64,000 bases of DNA. Origin: Centroscyllium fabricii (taxonomy: Eukaryota). The stretch spans positions 42,842,001 through 42,906,000 of the forward strand of contig JBNRSN020000027.1 of the NCBI GenBank assembly GCA_051313645.2. The letters run 5' to 3'. The notes under the pieces were generated by a model. The model was not told the origin of the DNA, made no database searches, and saw only the letters and a list, made by a program, of their open reading frames with translations. Position numbers and translations under genes: made by a program. Shown here one piece after another: positions 59,306 to 64,000 of the stretch. Positions within the stretch are counted from its first letter, which is position 1. Each line of letters begins with the position of its first letter.

Positions 59306-59533
59306 AATGTGTTTCCAAAAATAGTTGTATATAGTAACCAGAGCAAACCTTCTGTCCCAGATGAACTTGGAAACACTGAAGTTTAGTTGTAAGCCACAAT
59401 CTGATGTTGCACTAGAGAGAGGCATCTAACTGCTGAAATACTGAAGAAACATTACGATCCCCTTTGGGCTTGAATTTTTTTTTTCAATGGCTTGGAAGTT
59501 ATAGGAAGAAATTAGATTTTACTCTCCATTCCA

Positions 59534-60009
59534 GTGTCAGCTGTGGCTCAGTGGGTAGCACCCTCGCCTCGGAGTCAGAAGGTTGTGGGTTCAAGTCCCA
59601 CTCCAGGGACATGAGCTCAAATCTAGACTGACGCTCCAGTGCAGTGCTGAGGGAGTGCTGCACTGTCAGAGGTGCCGTCTTTCGGATGAGACGTTAAACC
59701 GAGGCCTCTCAGGTGGATGTAAAAGATCCCATGGCCACTATTTTGAAGGAGAGCGGGGCAGTTCTCCCCGGTGTCCTGGCCAATATTTATCCCTCAATCA
59801 AAATAACAAAAACAGATTATCTGGTAATTATCACATTGCTGTTTGTGGGACCTTGCTGTGCGCAAATTGGCTACCACTTTTCCCACATTACAACAGTGAC
59901 TACATTCCAAAAGTACTTCACTCCAAAAGTACTTCACTGGCTGTAAAGCGCTTTGAGATGTCCGGTGGTCATGAAAGGCGCTATAGAAATGCAAGTCTGT
60001 CTTTCTTTC
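59534..60009 (+). mobile_element. DeuSINE (SacSINE1-like), full length
   Basis: tRNA head TGGCTCAGTGG / GGTTCAAGTCC, Deu core GAGGTGCCGTCTTTCGGATGAGACGTTAAACCGAGG, L2-type tail. Confidence 0.88.
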
Positions 60010-60230
60010 CCCACACATCGACTTGCTGAAGTGGCTTAAAGGTTAAGGGGGCTAATTTTTGAGCGTCACGTATAAAGGCACACTGTCACACCGCACTGAA
60101 CATGTGCTATATTCAGATCTATCAAGTTTGTACTTGCTACCAGCAGTTAGTTCAGAAATTAAACCAAATTTGCTGGTTCCCAAGCAAATGAGCCATTTGC
60201 ACCTCTAAGCAAATAATGTACCTTATTGTA

Positions 60231-60772
60231 CAGGTTGAGCACCGTTAATCCGGCACGGTCGGGATCAGGACCGTGCCAAATTTTTGTAAACTCCGAATGA
60301 TTGAAGTTTGGCAAGCACATGCGCAGACCATTCAAAATGGCTGCCACAAAATTTTGAATAGTCTGCGCATGAGCTCGCTGAAGCATCAATCGTTCGGGGA
60401 GAGGCCCGGGCATGCGCAGCCAAGCATGGTGGCCATATTGCGCATGCGCAGCCCAGTTGGGGAGGCCCGGGCATGCGCAGCCACGCGTGGTGGCCATTTT
60501 GCGTATGCGCAGGGCAGTCAGGCAGAGGCCCGGGCATGCACAGCCAAGCGCGGCGGCCATATTGCGCATGCGCAGACCAATCGGGGAGGCCCGGGCATGC
60601 GCAGCCACGTGCGGCGGCCATATTGCGCATGCGCAGACCAATCGGGGAGGCCCAGGCATGCGCAGCCACGCGAGGTGGCTATTTTGCGCATGCGCACACC
60701 AGTCGGCCAGATTCGTGCAGGACGTTTGAAGTTGCTGGATTAGCGGTGTCCGGATTAACGGTGCTCAACCTG
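60231..60772. mobile_element. Tigger/pogo-like MITE with five ~61-bp internal repeats
   Basis: Perfect TIR CAGGTTGAGCACCGTTAATCCGG, TA TSD; GAGGCCC(G/A)GG units start at 60401, 60462, 60525, 60586 and 60647. Confidence 0.9.
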
Positions 60773-60919
60773 TATTGATGGTGACAAAGGGTAAAATACT
60801 ACAGCCAAGGCTAAACATAGTCAAGCTACTCCGAAAGTGGCACTTACAACACTGACCAAAAATATTCAGAGGAAGTTGATCAATGACCGAGGGGTATTGA
60901 CCACCATGAATCTGAGTAC

Positions 60920-61270
60920 CTGCATGATACAGTGGGTAAATTTGTGGTTTGGTACTGAAACATACAGATCAGCAAGATCATGCGTTCAAATCCCAGTCTG
61001 TGCTAATTCGCAGATCTCAGCTGGTGCAATGTTGAACAGTGGCTTGAGCACCTGTGGCTGGGGAGAGAACTGACCAAGGTCCTTGCACCTGATGGCTATC
61101 CAGTGACTATATGTAAATGTCAGGTGAGGACAATTTCAGCTGTGATTCCCACAGTTGAATAACCCACCAGTACCACCATCTAAGCTCCTATGTGATGAAT
61201 GACCACTTGAGCAAGATACGAGACAGATGCCCGATCCCTTGGCGCCATATCCCAGCTTCAGCCAGTACCC
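60920..61270 (+). mobile_element. Possible ancient tRNA-derived SINE relic
   Basis: A-box-like TGATACAGTGG and B-box-like GTTCAAATCC followed by sequence reminiscent of old vertebrate SINE bodies; single diverged copy here. Confidence 0.35.
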
Positions 61271-61874
61271 TGAGGAGGACATTTTACCATTTAAAAAAAA
61301 TACATCATCTATCTCTAAGTAATGTCTGTTCATAAGAATATAGATCAGATCTGCAGGGAGCTGTCATAAAATATTATAAAGCAATCCGGAAAGAGTTGCA
61401 ACATTGAAAATTCTGCTCAACAGAAGCAGAAAAATATTGAACTGTTAAGTCACAGGCCACCCAAAAAAATCTGGCACAAGAACATTAGTCACTATTAGTC
61501 AATCTAACACTGACACCCACTCCTTGACAAGGTTGGCGATTGAATCTGGTAAGTGATGGATGAGTGTGTGCTGCCTTTTTGAAAGTCATACATAAATATT
61601 ATTCCAATGTGTATAATATCTTCTTAAATATCCATACCAATAAGATGTGAGCTTTTAGAAATCCTACACAAGTAATGTTTTGTGCCATTCAATATATTGT
61701 GCCCAAAATAAACAAATTGCATAGTGGCTTTCTGTCTTCTACGACAATCTTATCCTAGCTACATCAGAATGCAGAGTCCAAAGAAACAATCTCTTGCGTC
61801 TGCACAGCTAAGTCCAGCACAGCTATTACTAGAGCAGTGCGCAAAGCCATCACCACAGGGACAAGATCCAAAAG

Positions 61875-62039
61875 GACATAAGAACATAAGAAATAGGAGC
61901 AGGAGTAGGCCAATCGGCCCTTCGAGCCCGCCCCGCCATTCAATAAGATCATGGCTGATCTGATCCTAACAACCAACCTACTATCGCAGAAGCATCTCCC
62001 GCATCTAACAGAATTCGACACACAAAATAGGAGCAGGAC
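61875..62039 (-). mobile_element. CR1 3' fragment of the double-tailed subfamily
   Basis: Reverse complement of ~28848-29000. Confidence 0.8.
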
Positions 62040-63067
62040 AACTTTGGTCTGTAAATACAGGCAAGGGGGTCTACTATGGAGGAGTATTGGGGGGATGGGT
62101 GGCCTTTCAACATCCTTAGCTTACCCCCAGATCATGTAAACACCATTTGTTTGTCCCACAGTGCAAAATGCCCATGGCATTTGTAACACTCATGAGAAAA
62201 TGCAACTTGAAGTTGCCTCCACCTTAATGAAGGTTAAATGCCATGTCTGTTCTTTTCTTGTTGCCACTAAGTCAGAGTAACAGTTGCCAGCCCTTATGAG
62301 ATAGTTCAAGTGCTCTCCATACTAGAGAGGTCTGAAATTTAAAAGTGTTAATTTTTGGGATGCAATTTCATGAAGTCTCATGCATGAAGATGAAATGCAG
62401 CTGTTAGCATTTCAACTGCCAGCAAGAAAATGGAGCCGTGATTCCTAACAGAGCCGACTGAAATAACTGAAAAGAATATTCTTTTGCTGTCGCAAGTGTA
62501 CTTACTTACCAGAGTTCTCAAATGTATGGTACAGAAATGTTCAGATGGCACTATATTTAAATCTGAATCATTCAAACGAAAGTGGAGTAGAATAAATTGA
62601 TTTATCTCTTTCTGACAACATGGCGAGATGCTTATCAGCCAGATGACGTTTATAGCCAAGTTTACCAGCCGTGTCTGGAAAGTGTCTTCGCCGGGACAAG
62701 GCATGGGTTCAACACTGCATTGTTCCAACTGTGGCTCCATGCTGGCAGTCTGCAGTTAGTTGTTTCACCATTCTCTCTGGTCCACATTAGAGCAGTTAGG
62801 AAAGGTTAGCGTCCCATTTTATTTACATTCTTCAGATATTCCTGGGATCGATGCCAAAGGAGTATCCTGGCTTTTCAGCCAGTCACATTGATGCATTTTT
62901 TAAATCTTCAACTGACCTAGGTTATAAGAATTGTGTTATAATGAATGAAAAGTTGGTGTGCGTTTTCCAAAAGATTCCGTACTCCAGGGATCACTTTGAC
63001 ACAAGCGTAAAAAAAATATGCAAATGCTGTTGTTATTTAGTACCTGGTTTGTTAGTTTATTTATGTT

Positions 63068-63761
63068 GGCCCATATTTTACGATCCCTACGGGTGTGTAC
63101 GAGCTGCGTACACACCCGTAGGGACCTTGCAAGTGCCGGTTTCAGGTATGTGAAGCGCATGCGCTGAAAAACCAGCATTTTGATCTGTCAAGAATCATCT
63201 TGACAAATCGTACGCCTGCACTGGAGTAGGGCCTCTGCAGGGTGGGAGGGGGGGTAAAGAGTTCCGCTTTCTGCTTTTACCAGCATAAGAGTTTTTAAAA
63301 GTTTTGAAAAAACAATTTTTTTTAATTTCACTTATTATTTTTAAATACTTTTTAAAAAATGTAAGTTTATTTTTAGCCTGTAAACTTTGACATTTTTTTT
63401 TTAAATTAAATTTTTGTTTAATATATTTAATTTAATGTCATTTTAACTCATTTTAAAAACGTGATTTTAAAAAAATGTATTTAATATTTAGATTTTTGGA
63501 GTGATTTGCATTCATACTTTTGACAGGTAAAAGCTGGGGGACTCCCTTCTCCCATTGGCTCCTCATGGCCCACGTGATCCCAGGGACACTTGTGAACTCC
63601 CTCGCGCCCCTGGGATACCTGGGCCCTGCGCATTTAATCGTGGAGAGGCCCAGGAGCAGAAATGGCCGGATCTCTGGAGCCCTTGGGTAAGGGCGTCGAT
63701 TTTTTTTTTCCCGGTCGGAGGCCTCCGCACGCAGGAAGCCTCCGATCAGAAAATATGGATC
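63068..63761. mobile_element. Harbinger-like MITE family D (inverted copy)
   Basis: TIRs GGCCCATATTTT / AAAATATGGATC, TSD GTT; homolog of 13878-14613. Confidence 0.75.
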
Positions 63762-64000
63762 GTTAGCTCTGCCCCATGTTTCTTAGCTTATGTCTTCTAA
63801 ATTGTCAGTTTCTTACAGCCAATGAGTTACTTGACTAGAATTAACCAGCCTTCATTTCGAGAATAGAGCAATGAAGGGCTATATTTTTCTGAGTCTGAAA
63901 ATGTTATTGGAAAAAGTAAATGTGAATAAATCTTCTTAGGGTGTCCCTCTGAACTGAGGATGACTTGCTTCCACATTAAGAATGAGTTCTCAGGTGACTG

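Noticed and set aside
62597-62809. 70-aa ORF with faint kinesin-like wording (DDVYSQVYQPCLESVFAG...GFNTALF)
   Set aside because: No P-loop (GQTGSGKT), no supporting splice sites or neighbouring exons; likely chance.

Overview
Eukaryotic, repeat-saturated non-coding DNA (intronic or intergenic). It is almost certainly from a cartilaginous fish, inferred from HE1-type V-SINEs, a SacSINE1/DeuSINE-type SINE, abundant CR1 LINEs and Penelope relics. No host protein-coding gene could be supported; only isolated candidate micro-exons were seen. All long ORFs are retroelement-derived. The window holds three full-length Ty3/Gypsy elements: one CsRn1-clade copy with a tRNA-Trp PBS at 3421-7967, and two Mag-like copies with 5-bp TSDs at 16145-21086 and 41031-45661. 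It also holds two related solo LTRs, a CR1 LINE with intact ORF1 (SGNH esterase) and ORF2 at 23624-27678 (-), several truncated CR1, Rex1/Babar, L2 and Penelope pieces, and many MITEs (PIF/Harbinger-like, Tigger/pogo-like, hAT), often nested. The most striking signal is in the Mag-like family. Neither copy has a tRNA primer-binding site. Instead, the 14 nt after the 5' LTR are perfectly complementary to that element's own LTR segment ending in the poly(A) signal, with compensatory changes between the two diverged elements. Both also encode YLDN instead of YxDD in reverse transcriptase and fold a hairpin over the polypurine tract. This suggests a tRNA-independent, self-primed LTR retrotransposon with an atypical RT. 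The function is inferred and novelty could not be checked without databases. Family names come from motif recognition, not database searches.
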